Assembly: GCA_951406725.2 (NCBI GenBank)
Contig: OX597825.1
Location: forward strand, 80,786,001-80,850,000
Length of the DNA: 64,000 nt
DNA from: Octopus vulgaris
Taxonomy: Eukaryota
Direction of reading: 5' to 3'
A program made the translations under genes and the position numbers. Below the pieces are notes generated by a model. The model was given only the letters and a program-made list of their open reading frames with translations. It was not told the origin of the DNA and did no database searches. Positions 38,857-52,342 of this stretch are shown in pieces (the first letter of the stretch is position 1; every line of letters begins with the position of its first letter).

Positions 38857-38936
38857 TATATATTCACAAATATGTACACACCTATATACACGCACGCGTG
38901 CATACATATATGTACACATATATATTCTATATGCAC

Positions 38937-39006
<70 letters not shown>

Positions 39007-39150
39007 TGAGAGAGATGTACTCGCATAGCAAGTGATTTGATCTGAGATCGTGTGCTGAAACGAAAATAATTGCAGCGTGGAAGGTGTTTGTAAGCCATTT
39101 AAGAAACACACAAAAGCCGTTCGATTCACTTCAGCATTTAAGCTTAATTT

Positions 39151-39195
39151 GTCAAAATATTTTCGTCGCTTTAAGACCGCGACCTGTTCACTGAC
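39151..39195 (-). ncRNA. minimal hammerhead motif, G3:C8 variant
   Basis: GTCA-GTGAACA-G-GTCGC ggtcttaaa GCGAC-GAAA-ATAT-TT^-TGAC. Confidence 0.65.
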
Positions 39196-39224
39196 AAAAA
39201 TCCGGGCTGCATCTCGGATTTTTC

Positions 39225-39266
39225 TCAGTGAACAGGTCGCGGATTTTAGCGACGAAAATATTTTGA
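39225..39266 (+). ncRNA. minimal hammerhead motif, G3:C8 variant (second arm)
   Basis: TCA-GTGAACA-G-GTCGC ggatttta GCGAC-GAAA-ATAT-TT^-TGA. Confidence 0.65.
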
Positions 39267-39351
39267 CAAATTAAACTTAAATTGAAGTGAATCGAACGGC
39301 TTTTGTGTGTTTCTTAAATGGCTTACAAACACCTTCCACGCTGCAATTGTT

Positions 39352-39398
<47 letters not shown>

Positions 39399-39774
39399 TT
39401 ATGTATATGTATGCGTATACACATACTCAGATGTGAAACAAATTAATATCGTTTATCGAATATCGTTAATTTACCTGGAATTTCTTCTCAGGAAAACCAT
39501 AAAATAATAAAATAATAATTAAAAACGTAAACGTAATGACCGTTTATTGAACTGATACGTGGCGTCAGCCAAATAATCGCTTTCCTTTACGATGAATGGA
39601 AATGATGAGAAAATTAATGAACTTCTAAAATTTCTCCGTTAGTAAAATCCCCCTCCCAAGAAAAACATCAAAAGAAACGTAGAAATACATAAAATGTTCA
39701 CATTTAATTTTTAAGGCGATATTTGGAAATGCCCTCAACAATGAAAGCAAATTGAAATGAATTTTAATTAGAAG

Positions 39775-39775
39775 C

Positions 39776-39843
<68 letters not shown>

Positions 39844-40123
39844 TAAGAATAATAATAATAATAATGATAATAATAATAATAATAATAACAATAATAATAA
39901 TAATAATAATAACTATAACAATAACAATAATAATAATAATAATAATAATAATGATAATAACAATAACAATAGCAATAATAATAATAATAATAATGATGAT
40001 AATAACAATAACAATAATAATAATAATAATAATAACAATAACAATAACAACAATAATAATAATAATAATGATAATAATAACAATAACAATAATAATAACA
40101 ATAACAATAACAATAACAACAAC

Positions 40124-40164
<41 letters not shown>

Positions 40165-40300
40165 TAATAATAATAATAACAATAACAATAATAATAATAA
40201 TAATAATAATAATGATAATAACAATAACAATAACAACAACAATAATAATAATAATAATGATAATAATAATAACTATAACAACAACAATAGTAATAATATT
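39775..40300. repeat. long (AAT/AAC)n microsatellite
   Basis: Visible directly. Confidence 0.95.
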
Positions 40301-40679
40301 GATAAAAACAATAGAGCATAGAATAAAGATTAACAGTTGTAAAATAATAGTTTCTTGAATGCACATAGTTGGAATGTATTTTTTTGAGGGCGTTGGGAAA
40401 TTGAAGCCAGAGGGTATGTTTTTCGTAGGGGAAATTAATTTTATTTAACAGACAATAGACTTGCAGCTGGTGTTACTCATAGTAGAAAAGGAGGAATATT
40501 GAATCTCACTCGTTCAGTAAAGGTTTGTAACACAATAACTCGAACTGGTATGCAAGAAATAGCTGCCAGCTACTTCATTTAAACAATCTGTACCACTTTA
40601 AATTAAAAAAAAAAAAAAAAAATGAAACATTCTTTACGATAAAACGACATATTTCGTGGTTGAAAGAAATTATGGAGAC

Positions 40680-41622
40680 AATCAATGCCAATGACAATAA
40701 TCAAACCGATTCTAACCCTGACAATGGAATCTTATCGAGTTACCAAACAAAGAATATCAGGTCCGTTATGTTTGCACCGAATTTTCTGTTTCTATTGGCG
40801 TGTTCCACCAATATTCCTGGATTTTAAAGGTGTGAATCCATGCTGGTTCTGACATGGCTTTGATGTATACGTCAGGACAATCCTTCCCTTGGATAGCATT
40901 GCAAAAAGTCTCTGCAACTATATCATGCCAAAGGGGTAGGTAGTATCTCGTAGACATTTAGGGGCAGCTGCTTATGATGTGGGTCATATCTTCGACACTG
41001 GTATAGCTAACCCAACATTCTCTATCACAACGTGGAGCTTTGGTGGTATTTTTTGTCTCTTGTTTCTCAGCTATTTAGTAGCTGTCTCCTGTTCCTGGAT
41101 AGCGAAGGCATATTTTTCTATGCGGGGCGTAGAGTATCAATCACTGCCCCAGGAGAGGAGGCTACTCCTCCTGTCAATGTTATCCTCCAGCTTACAGGAT
41201 ATGCATCCATGCATTGGTTTTTGCTGGTATGGTGCCTGCTTCTCTCCCAAGCTTTAGTGCTTAGATAGGCCAGTCCAGCCTCTTTTGTGATTCATGAGAC
41301 AGTTGTATTCTCAGAATGTTTGCTCGGTAGTTCTTCAGGAATTCTGAAGATGTTGCTTCCACTTTCGAGTTTGCATGGCATCTACTTCTTTCTTTCTTTC
41401 TTTCTTTTTTCTATTCAACCAGTGCTGTCTGAGTGATACAACGCCACCTCGTGCCTCTGCCGCCATCTCTTCGTCTCACATCGATCCAATCCGTGTCAAT
41501 ATCGATGTGGAAGTTGCAAGTGGTGGTCAGTATTTTTCTAGTTTTGGTGTCCAGGCTGTGGATCTCGCCCAGTCCAATATTCCAGATGTTGGTACTAGCG
41601 CTGCCACTTCAAAGGAATTGTA
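40680..41622 (-). pseudogene. R4/Dong-like LINE 3' fragment (CCHC zinc region plus start of RLE)
   Basis: Minus strand EKYAFAIQEQETATK, VEDMTHIISSCP, MSTRYYLPLWHDIVA, EYWWNTPIET, PDIL; stops and frameshifts. Confidence 0.8.
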
Positions 41623-42168
41623 AGATATGATCTTGTTAAAGTGGACATTAAATGATGACGAGGATGACAACGACGACGACGACGACGATGATGACGATGA
41701 TGATGACGATGATGATGTCACGTGCGCGCACACACAGACGCGCGTGCACATTAAAGAAAAAAAAAACACAAATAAACTCCTGATCCAACTGTTGCAAGAG
41801 AAATATTTGTTTTGAGGCGATGTCGAAGAAAATTGACAGAAAATTCAAGTCTGAAGAATTTCTTCCTTGACATTGCTCCAGGACATGTTTGCTTCTTTGC
41901 CAATTCTGTAGATAAGGTCAGCCGAACTCTGATACACTCATCGAGAGATTAAATGTCGCAAAAGAAAGAACTCAAAGAATGGCAGAAATAAATTTGGTTT
42001 TACTAGCTTTATTTATTTATTTTTGTATTTTTTGTATTAACCTTTTTAGTTGTTATTTATTTGATATTTATGAATGTGTTCCCTTTCACAGAATATATAC
42101 GTGCACGTGTATATATGTACGTGTACACATACACACACAAACACACACGCACACATATGTATATGTGT

Positions 42169-42546
42169 GAGGCGCAATGGCCCAGTGGTTAGGGCAGCGG
42201 ACCCGCGGTCGTAGGATCGCAGTTTCGATTCCCAGACCGGGCGTTGTGAGTGTTTATTGAGCGAAAACACCTAAAGCTCCACGAGGCTCCGGCAGGGGAT
42301 GGTGGCGACCCCTGCTGTACTCTTTCACTCCAACTTTCTCTCAGTCTTTCTTCCTGTTTCTGTTGTACCTGTATTTCAAAAGGGCCAGCCTTGTCACACT
42401 CTGTGCCACGCCGAATCTCCCCGAGAATTACGTTAAGGCTACATGTGTCTGTGGAGTGCTCAGCCACTTGCACATTAATTTCACGAGCAGGCTGTTCCGT
42501 TGATTGGATCAACTGGAACCCTCGTCGTCGTAACCGATGGAGTACC
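42169..42546 (+). mobile_element. SINE family S1 (diverged copy)
   Basis: Homologous to 3831-4210. Confidence 0.9.
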
Positions 42547-42549
42547 ACG

Positions 42550-42640
<91 letters not shown>

Positions 42641-42855
42641 TTATATATGAGGATAATATCGATATTTAAGTGTCGAAATTATCAAGTGGCCAGCATGAAA
42701 GAAATACCTTACAAAGGTAAAAAAATTTTTAACAATTAAAAATGTTGGTGTCTTTTAGACACCCTCATTTTTAATTATATATATATATATATATGCGTAT
42801 ATGTTATATATGTACATGCATAAATATTTGAAAACTAAACGTACATATATATATG

Positions 42856-42887
<32 letters not shown>

Positions 42888-43407
42888 TATATCTCGCGCA
42901 TGTATATATATATATATATATATATTTCTATGTATGTATATATCGATCCTTATATATACATATATGCATCTGAGTGTATGACACAAAGAGATAGAGATAG
43001 AGAGAGGGAGAGTGAGGGAGAGGGAGAGAGGGAGAGGGAGAGTGAAAGAGAGAGAGAGAGAACCTGTTACAGAATATTGCTTTTCAGCATAAAAACCCGC
43101 CTTCTTTAATTTCTTCTAAAATTAAATTTCGAATTTGTTTTCATAAATTGCAGTGTATAAAGACAACCATGATGTCATATATAATTCAAAGAACGGATCT
43201 ATTGGCGTTCGTTCTTGAAATATTTAATCCATATTTGCCATTCCTGCCTACATTAAGCTGAAACATTGCTTGCGTAATGAATTAAACATTATGGAATTAA
43301 GTTTTCCTGACGCAAAGCACCGCAAGACTTACCAAATTTTATCGAATATATACGCTTCTTGACAATAATGGTCTGTAACACTTCTAAGGTCGTAGACTGA
43401 CAGAATT

Positions 43408-43629
43408 ATTCTTTTCTATTCTAGGCACAAGGCCCGAAATTTGTAGGGGTGGGGGTGAGGGCAGTGGATTAGATCGACCCCAGTGCGTAACTGGTGATTA
43501 ATTTATCGACCCCGAAAGGATGAAAGGCAAAGTCGACCTCGGCGGAATTTGAACTCAGAACGTAACGGCAGACGAAATACCGCAAAGCATTTCGCCCGGC
43601 GTGCTAACGTTTCTGCCAGCTCGCCGCCT
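43408..43629 (-). mobile_element. SINE family S3, full length
   Basis: Homologous to 27848-28060. Confidence 0.9.
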
Positions 43630-44264
43630 TTTATAGTTTCTGTCTACCAAATTCCATACACAAGACTTTGGACAACCTGCGGCAGGGACAGAGGTCACAG
43701 TTGCAGGGCAGAAGGATCAAATCCAAATTCCACAATTTTGAAGAGATACTATTGAGTCAATCGGCCCCAGTAGTTGACTGGTATTTATTTACTTATTTAT
43801 TTTATTATCCCAGCAGGTAAAAGTTATGTAAATAAATACCACGAGGTATTTTTATCATTCTTTCATCAAATCTACCAACACCGAATTCCTGCATATTATT
43901 GCATTGTGAATGGTAATTTGAGTATGAGTCATTTTAACGGAGCCGTTTTGGCGCTGCTTGTTTGGCGCCGCTGTCACGACGTTTTAATGTTTCCCTCGTT
44001 TTAACTTGTTTCTCCTTTAATCCTTATCGCATCTTGATGTTTATCTTGTTTTCTCTCTCCTCGTTCCCTTCTTTCTGTGTGTAAACCTATTTCTCTTTAT
44101 GCGTATGAGGCGAAGGGGGGGGGGCGAAGTGTTTATATTAATCGTATTCAATTAATATATTGCATTGTCTTTTTCTTTGTCTCATTCTGTCTCTATTTGT
44201 ATGCGTATGTGTGTTTGCCTCCTGTGCCAAAAAGTACTGTGACCAAAACAGGCTGGATGTTCAA

Positions 44265-44470
44265 TCAGCCGAGCCAAATCACCGGCTCTCAAACAGCCTT
44301 CGCCAAAATCGCCAGCATTCTAACAACAGTCGCGCCAGAATCGCCAGCGTCCAAACAAGCCTTCGTCAAAATCTTCAGGATTAAAACAAGAGCCGCGCCA
44401 CAAATGCCAGCGTCCATACAAGAGCAGCGCCACAAACGCCAGCGTCCAACCAAGAGCCGCGCCAAATTGT
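44265..44470 (+). repeat. degenerate ~30-bp tandem repeat (CGCCAAAATCGCCAGCGTCCAAACAAG-like)
   Basis: About 6-7 units; related inverted motifs GTTTTGGCGC / TTGTTTGGCGCC at 43940-43972. Confidence 0.7.
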
Positions 44471-44669
44471 CTCGTTTCCACAATAATTCATATTCCACAC
44501 AGAGAGAGTCTCACTCATAAATATCCATAGTAACACTTGTTTATGCTTCAACATTTGAAGGCAAACTAGTGGACGCCATGGATATTCTAAGGCTTAAAGT
44601 GAATCTAAACACCAGATATTAAAGGTCTCTAAGGCACTTTAAATATTTTATTTATAAGTTATATATACA

Positions 44670-44824
44670 TAGGCGCAGGAGTGGCCGTGTGATAAGTAGC
44701 TTGCTTACCAACCGCATGTCCAGTCCCACTGCGTGGCACCTTGGGCAAGTGTCTTCTATTATAGCCTCGGGCCGATTACAGCCATGTGTATGGATTTGAT
44801 AGATGGAAACTGAAAGAAGCCTAT

Positions 44825-44864
<40 letters not shown>

Positions 44865-44880
44865 TGCGCGTGTGTGTGTA

Positions 44881-44929
<49 letters not shown>

Positions 44930-45062
44930 GTGTGTGTGTGTGTGTTTTGGTCGGTCCAAGGGTATAGTAGAAAACACATGCCCAAGGTACCACGTAGTGG
45001 GACCGAACCCGGGACCGTGTGGTTGGAAAGCAAGCCACTTACCACACAGCCACGCCTGCACC
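44670..45062. mobile_element. two inverted S2 SINE 5' halves across a (TA)n/(TG)n tract
   Basis: 44670-44822 (+) and 44945-45062 (-). Confidence 0.8.
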
Positions 45063-45564
45063 TAATAATTTAAAATGTAATAAGTTGGTTTAATAAATAA
45101 TGTAATTTTCTTTTAGGCGGTTAATTTTAATAAAACACAAGAAAAAGCACCCATAATTCATAATCTACTGAAAGCTCTGTTTTCAACCATTCCAGAAATC
45201 AATTGATCATTCTGGTTTTAACTTTGAAAAAGTCTCCTTCACTCAAGAATATTTCTCTTGAATTTTTGACAGATGCCAAAGAAACAGCTTTTCCATTGCC
45301 TACATTTCATTATTAATGCTTATTTTTTTTTTAAATACAAAAATTAAGGTTTGAAAGAAAATAAATCAACATATATAACTTGTATTTATTTCTACTGATT
45401 AAAAAATAAACAACCCTTATATTATTCCAACCGAACCTGACGTCACCAAATACAATCGACAAGCTGTTAGCGTTCGATATCGATCCATTTTGCATTGATT
45501 TCTATGTTTTATTTCAGTTAGTATTGTTTTTTTACAACTTTTTCTATTCGATTAAAAACATATC

Positions 45565-45566
<2 letters not shown>

Positions 45567-45658
<92 letters not shown>

Positions 45659-45707
45659 AATAATGATAATAATAATAATAATGATAATAATAATAATAAT
45701 AATAATG

Positions 45708-45741
<34 letters not shown>

Positions 45742-45752
45742 TAATAATAATG

Positions 45753-45783
<31 letters not shown>

Positions 45784-45800
45784 TAATAATAATAATAATG

Positions 45801-45834
<34 letters not shown>

Positions 45835-45922
45835 TAATAATAATAATAATAATAATGATAATAATAATAATAATAATAATGATAATAATAATAATAATGA
45901 TAATAATAATAATGATAATAAT
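45567..45922. repeat. (AAT)n/(GAT)n microsatellite
   Basis: Visible directly. Confidence 0.95.
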
Positions 45923-46600
45923 CATTATAGAATAGACAACACATCAGAAAGCGATAAGTGCAGAATCTGTGGACAAAAAGGTGAAACCGTATAGCATATT
46001 ACTAGCCAATGTACACCACTAGCGCAGAAGGAATATAAGAGATGTCACAATATAGCCAGGCTTGTCAACTGGACACTTAGCAACAAGTATGGACTCGACA
46101 GAGCAAAAAATTGGTACGACCACAGACCCGAAAGCATCGTCAAAAATGAGAGTGCAAAGATCCTGTGGGATTTTATGATCAAGTGCGACCGTGAGATAGA
46201 GAATACGAAAGCCGGACATAGTATTAATTGAGAAAGAAAACAAACTATGCTGGATCATAGATATAGCATGACCAGTTGACAACAAGGTATGCGATAAGGA
46301 AGAAAGAAAAGCTGAGAGATATGACAGGTTAGCTTGGGAAGTTAAGCAGTTGTGGTCGATGAAAAATGTAGTAGTAGTACCAATAATTGTCGGAGCTCTG
46401 GGAACAGTGAGTAAAAATCTCGAGAAGTACATGGAACAAATAGGGGCTGCAATAAGGGTGGAGCACTTGCAGAAAACAGCACTGCTTGGAACCGCTCGAA
46501 TACTCCGGAAGGTGCTCGAAAAATAAGAGGTGTTACCTTAGTTCAGTGGTAGTGAACAGCTGACACCGTAATGCATCTCCAGCTGACACCGTAGTGCATC
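45923..46600 (+). pseudogene. R4/Dong-like LINE 3' end (CCHC plus PD-(D/E)xK restriction-like endonuclease), 5'-truncated at (AAT)n
   Basis: DKCRICGQKGETV*HITSQC, ILWDF, RKPDIVLIEKENKLCWIIDIA, VVPIIVGALG, LQKTALLGTARILRKVL* (stop ~46526). Confidence 0.9.
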
Positions 46601-46807
46601 TGCTCGTGAAATTAACGTGTAAGTGGCTGAGCACTCCACAGACACGTGTACTCATAACGTAGTTCTCGGGAAGATTCGGCGTGACACAGAATGTGACAAG
46701 GCTGGCCCTTTGAAATACAAGTACAAGTACTAATTTAATTTTCTGATTAAATTAGTGAAATTGAATAATACCTTAGGAATGAGAACCCACGTTCGAAATT
46801 TCCCCAA

Positions 46808-46852
46808 GACACCTGATGAAGGCTGGAGGGTATATCAGCCGAAACGTTGCAT
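46808..46852 (+). ncRNA. minimal hammerhead ribozyme motif in a short dispersed repeat
   Basis: CTGATGA-A-GGCTG gagggtatat CAGCC-GAAA-CG-TT; stem I degenerate. Confidence 0.72.
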
Positions 46853-46891
46853 TAACAAGAAACAAGAAAGGAGTGGGTGTGTGGTAAGTAT

Positions 46892-47062
46892 AGGCGTAGG
46901 AGTGGTTGTGTGGTAAGTAGCTTGCTTACGAACCACATGGTTCTGGGTTCAGTCCCACTGCGTGGCACCTTGGGCAAGTGTCTTCTACTATAGCCTCGGG
47001 CCGACCAAAGCCTTGTGAGTGGATTTGGTAGACGGAAACTGAAAGAAGCCCGTCATATATAT

Positions 47063-47158
<96 letters not shown>

Positions 47159-47352
47159 ATATATGTTTGTGTGTCTGTGTTTGTCCCCCCCAACATCGCT
47201 TGACAACCAATCCTGGTGCGTTTACGTCCCTGTAGCTTAGCGGTTCGGCAAAAGAGACCGATAGAATAAGTACTAGGCTTACAAAGAATAAGTCCTGGGG
47301 TCGATTTGCTCCAGCATGGCCACAGTCAAATGACTGAAACAAATAAAAGAGT
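46892..47352 (+). mobile_element. SINE family S2, full length
   Basis: As 19637. Confidence 0.9.
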
Positions 47353-48546
47353 AAGATGGGGACAAATATCCGTCAAATGTAAATAATGTACATAATTCCT
47401 CGTGTCTTAAACATAGAACTATGTAAGCATTAGTCCGACAGAAAAAAAGTGCTCTTCGGACGAATTCTTGTTCAGTAATCATCAAAGGAAACTCTCCTGC
47501 CTCTCTCGGGAATGAAACGTCTTAATGATCACCCAATTACAATATAAAATATAACAAAAATATACTGAAAAACGAGAAGTGATCGAGCAGTCATTGAACT
47601 TGCTTCTTGTGTAACCCATTATGATTCTTCCTTGGATTTAACGAAGGTACATAATTAGGCCACGTATTTCACCTGGCTGTTGGAAGAAGTAGAAATGATT
47701 ATCTCTTGGGAAGTTACCGCTAATTCTATCCAATAGTTTTATCATTTAGACGGCTGACAGTATGGAAACTATTTCGGCTCAATGGATATTCTGTTTTGTG
47801 AAATGATTAAATTAGTGAAATTGAATAATATTATTGCTAAAATGAGAAACGTACTGTTGCACAAATATAATTGCATTTGATATTATATCTGCAGTTTTTG
47901 CGTTTTCTCTCTTATTTTTCTACTCCAATAGAAAGAATATACAGATCAAACAGTTCTAATCAACAGAAAAAAAAGAACTTTGAGGACAGCGCTGACATTT
48001 TAGTTTGTAATTACAAAGCGTCTTCATTTTGAAAACGTGAAACTACTGCCATGTTTTACGGAATGGCACAAGAATGGAATTATACAACAAAATTAATTCT
48101 CTTAGTTGTTCGTTCATTTGTTTAAAATTAAGCAAATTTATACTCAGATCATAATCAAATGCGCATACTCTCGCACAGATCAAGCTTTTTCACCACTAAT
48201 AACAAAAAGCAAAACGCAAGCAAAGCAACAAAAAGTAATATTGCAATGGTATGGAACGAAGATTCTGGTTCCGAAGATATTTGAGTTCAAAATCGAGGAA
48301 TAATCTGTAGAAGGAGACTCACAAAACAGAAAATAAGAAATAGGAAAGTCACAAAACATTGTTTCCCGAGCATCAACTTCTCCAACTGGCAAATTACCTA
48401 CAACACCACTGGATAGGTCGCCAGTCTATCAGAGGTAACCTCTCTTAAGACAATGATATTTATTTCCTAAAATTAAGTGGACTACCGAGAGATACATGAA
48501 TTGCCGACTGCAGATAATAGATGATGAAACAGTTCAAAGATCAAAA

Positions 48547-49240
48547 TACAGAGCGCGATGTGTAAATTGTCACATTTCATATTTCTAATTTCGCGCATGC
48601 GCATTGTATGTTTTAGATTTGGTCGGCTATACAGTATGGTAGGGTCAGTTGGGTACCGTCTATGAGAAAAACAGCAACATGACGCTGTTCGCCCTGCCAG
48701 AAATTTGGAAACAACATACTGTTCTGCTTGGCATTCGAGTCGGAAATTGCAATATGAACATTTCAGAGTGTTTGAGTGTCAATCTGAGGACAGTGCAATC
48801 TGAGGACATGTACTGAGAGTAAATAGTATTTGGGAGTGATGGCGACATTATGCCTACATTCATCTTCCCACACGGCCTCAGACTCAACACGGAGGTCTAC
48901 ATCAAGTGCCTGGTGGAGGTAGTGCTGCCCTGGATCAAGAGGGTGGCTGCTGCAACACCCTATGTCTGGCAACAGGACTCTGCACCATGCCACACAAGCA
49001 GGAGAACCCAGTCGTGACTGTCACAATTTCTGCAACCACATCTCCCCTAACATCTGACCACCTAACTCCCCAGACTTCAACCCCCTTGATTATTATGTGA
49101 GGGGCGCAGTTGAGCGAGAGATCAACAAAACTCCTTGTAACACCAAAGATGAACTGAAGGCAAGGATTATGGCAGCATTCACCAACTTAAACAAGGAGAC
49201 CGTCCAGAAAATTTACTGGCGATTCCGAAGTCGTCTGGAT
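48547..49240 (+). mobile_element. Tc1/mariner-superfamily (maT/DD37D-like) transposon remnant
   Basis: YIKCLVEVVLPWIKRVAAATPYVWQQDSAPCH...PPNSPDFNPLDYYV.GAVE...ELKARI...RFRSRL; starts TA-CAG. Confidence 0.85.
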
Positions 49241-50042
49241 TTGAATATTATTTCGACATATCTCAAGATCCGCCCACAAGGCTACAGCCATTTTTGAAAT
49301 GCATGAATATAAGGCCCCGTATATTTATTCATTCATAAGCTACGCTGCTGCTGTGATATTATATTAAATATATTAGAACATATCGGAGGTCGAACTGACA
49401 CAAAACGTCAACGTAAAATAGCAATATTTTATGAAATTGCATTGATGTATTGATTAAAAAAGTAAATTCGATTATGTTTGCATCTGTTATAATTTCGAAA
49501 TGAATACAAAAATTATAATTAAGAAATACGTAATAAATATACAAATGAAATATCTTTGCTTTTATCACATTTTAAATATAAATATTCCTATATTTGAAAT
49601 AACATAGTTAACTGTGTTTCGATTGGATAATAATAAATCAGTCTGATGAGGTGAGCCTACCAGGAAGTCTCATTGCATGAAATAGCAGCCAAATCTCACT
49701 CAAATCGGAGCCTGTTACCCATGTGAACAAAAAAAGAAAGCGACAGGCTGGCCACGGTTGGAATGTCTTTATGTTATAGATTTGTTTGACTAAGGGGCAT
49801 GGTATAAATTCGCTTTTATGTTCTTCACAAAAACGACCGTCGCCCCGCTTCAGATGGCTCACTTTAACAAAACCTCGAGAGAAATAGAGAGAAGGACAGA
49901 TTTATTGAAGACTGAAGTCAGTGTGGAATATTCTGGAATTCATGAATGTGTAATCCACTTGTATATCCGAACTTGACTCCTATCACATGATTAGGTTGAA
50001 TAATCAGCTGTATCAAGGGGACTTATTACATGTAACTGTCTG

Positions 50043-50090
<48 letters not shown>

Positions 50091-50163
50091 AATCTATCCT
50101 TCCGTCCGCCCATCTGTCTGTCTGTCCACTCCACCTCTCTCTCTCTCTCTCTCTCTCTGTATA

Positions 50164-50218
<55 letters not shown>

Positions 50219-51118
50219 ATGTATATATATATATATATATATTTCAATTTATGTATCACTTTATGTACACGTTGTTCTGGGCCTTCGTTATAAGAACGAG
50301 GGTTTTCTAACAGTGCCATGAATTTTCTGGGGTAGGGAACATGGTATTCCTCGACTTCAATATACGACAGGTTCTTCATTTTTGTCGATCTTCGAAAAAC
50401 TGAATGGCAAAGTCGACCTTGGAAAGATTTAAAGCCACAAGAATGCGACTTAGTACTATAACACATTTTATACTCCGCCATTTTAACAGCTCTGCCATTT
50501 TATGGCTTTTAGTTAAATAGATAATACGATCTAAGCATTAAAAATAAGACAAAAAGCGTGTAGGTTGTTTCTTGTTTAAAACATTAGCGTAGAAAAGTTA
50601 GGTTGACCTTTTACGTAGAATTGGCGAAAAAAGCAAATACAGCCTGAAGCAATTTGACAGAAGAAAAATATAGAATGAGAATTGCCAGTCAAATACCAAA
50701 TTTATATTAAATCAATAAATATAAAACAAATCTAAAACTTATATCGAATTATCGCTGAATCAAGATTGAATTTTTGGTTTTCTGTTTATGACAAACGTAG
50801 CAGGTATTGCCGTGTGGTTAAGAATTTCCTTTCGTAATCGTTTGAATTCCGGTTCGATTCCAGTTCTGCTGAGCGGTGCTTTGGACATGTGACTACAACT
50901 GAAGTCTGGGCTGTTAAATGCTTTCTGAGGTGGAAACTCTGTGGAGATCAATCGTGTGTGCGCGTACACACACCCACACGCGCACGCACACGCACACACA
51001 CACACATACATTCACATGCGCATATACATATGTAAGAGAGTGAGCAAACCGAAACTTCGAAGTCACTATAACCTCTACCAAAACGTGTTGAGCATTTCTC
51101 GTTTAATGACAAGTTGAT

Positions 51119-51150
<32 letters not shown>

Positions 51151-51504
51151 AACACACACATATATATGTATGTACATACATATATACATATACATACATA
51201 GACACGATTTTCGCGGGAAGGAAAATTTTATTGAAGTCATGTATCGCCTTGACCTTTCGAAACGTGGAGTAGATGAAACTAAGGCGACTGAAGAAGGGGA
51301 ATTTTCCTTGTGTTATTTGTCCTGTACTCTATTTTTTCGTTGTTTAAAAGAAATGTCCATTTCCTTGTTTTTGTGTTTATGTTTTCGTTTCTCATTGTGT
51401 TCGACGTTTTTTTTTGTGTCCTGTACCCATATATGCATGTATATATACATGTAGAGGTAGGTACGTACATATATGTATGTATATAGGCATATGTTTTATT
51501 TATT

Positions 51505-51543
<39 letters not shown>

Positions 51544-51969
51544 CTCTACCACTGGTATTTGAGTACTCCTTTTTCCACCTCGTTTCACATTTATGTGTTT
51601 ACTCCGGTATATATATATATATATAAATATATGTATATATATATATATATATGTGTGTGTGTTTGTATCTATGTTTGTGTGTATGTGTGTGTGTGTGCGT
51701 GTGCGCAGTAGTATGCGTGCGTACGTGTGCGCAGTAGTATGCGTGCGTACGTGTGCTCGTGTGAGTGTGTGTGTCCCCGCTTCGCTATTCAACAGACTTC
51801 TGAAACGATTTCCATGAAGAGCAGCCAACAACTCCCAAACACAGTCCAGAAGTGGCCATTAACGCTGCATCTCACTTTCAATGGTTTCTCCTAAGTCAAT
51901 CGACAAATACGAAAATCTTGTTAATTTACTGCGTTCATCAGTTGATATCAATCAAACAGCCAAGCTTCA

Positions 51970-52124
51970 ATTCTCTCTCTATTTCTCTGTCTGTCTGTTT
52001 GTCTATCTCTCTCTCACTCTCACTCGCTCCCTCTCTCTCTTTCTGTCACTGTCTTTCTCTCTCTCACTCGCTCTCTCTTTCTCTGTGTCTCTTTTCCTCT
52101 GTGCCTCTTTCTTTTTTCTTTTCT

Positions 52125-52205
<81 letters not shown>

Positions 52206-52342
52206 TTGTCTCTTTCTTTCTCCCTGTCTCTTTCTTTCCCTTTCTCTGTTCTTGTCTCTTTCTCTCTCCCTGTCTTCTTCGTTCCCTTTCTCTCCATTGT
52301 CTCTTTCTTTCTTTCCCTTTCTCTCTCTCTCTCTGTCTCTTT
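51970..52342. repeat. polypyrimidine (CT/CTTT)n tract
   Basis: Visible directly. Confidence 0.95.

Larger units (their letters stand above)
39065..39352. repeat. ~290-bp near-perfect palindrome, each arm with a G3:C8 hammerhead motif
   Basis: AATTGCAGCGTGGAAGGTGTTTG...AAAATCCG ggctgcatct CGGATTTT...CAAACACCTTCCACGCTGCAATT. Confidence 0.92.

Noticed and set aside
44265-44470. CRISPR-like repeat array
   Set aside because: Eukaryotic context, degenerate adjacent units without unique spacers, no cas genes
49643-49690. CTGATGAG...GAAA as a hammerhead
   Set aside because: Stems I and III cannot be formed
51048-51070. GAAACTTCGAAGTC palindromic stem III-like half motif
   Set aside because: The CUGANGA half and stem II are absent; at most a truncated remnant
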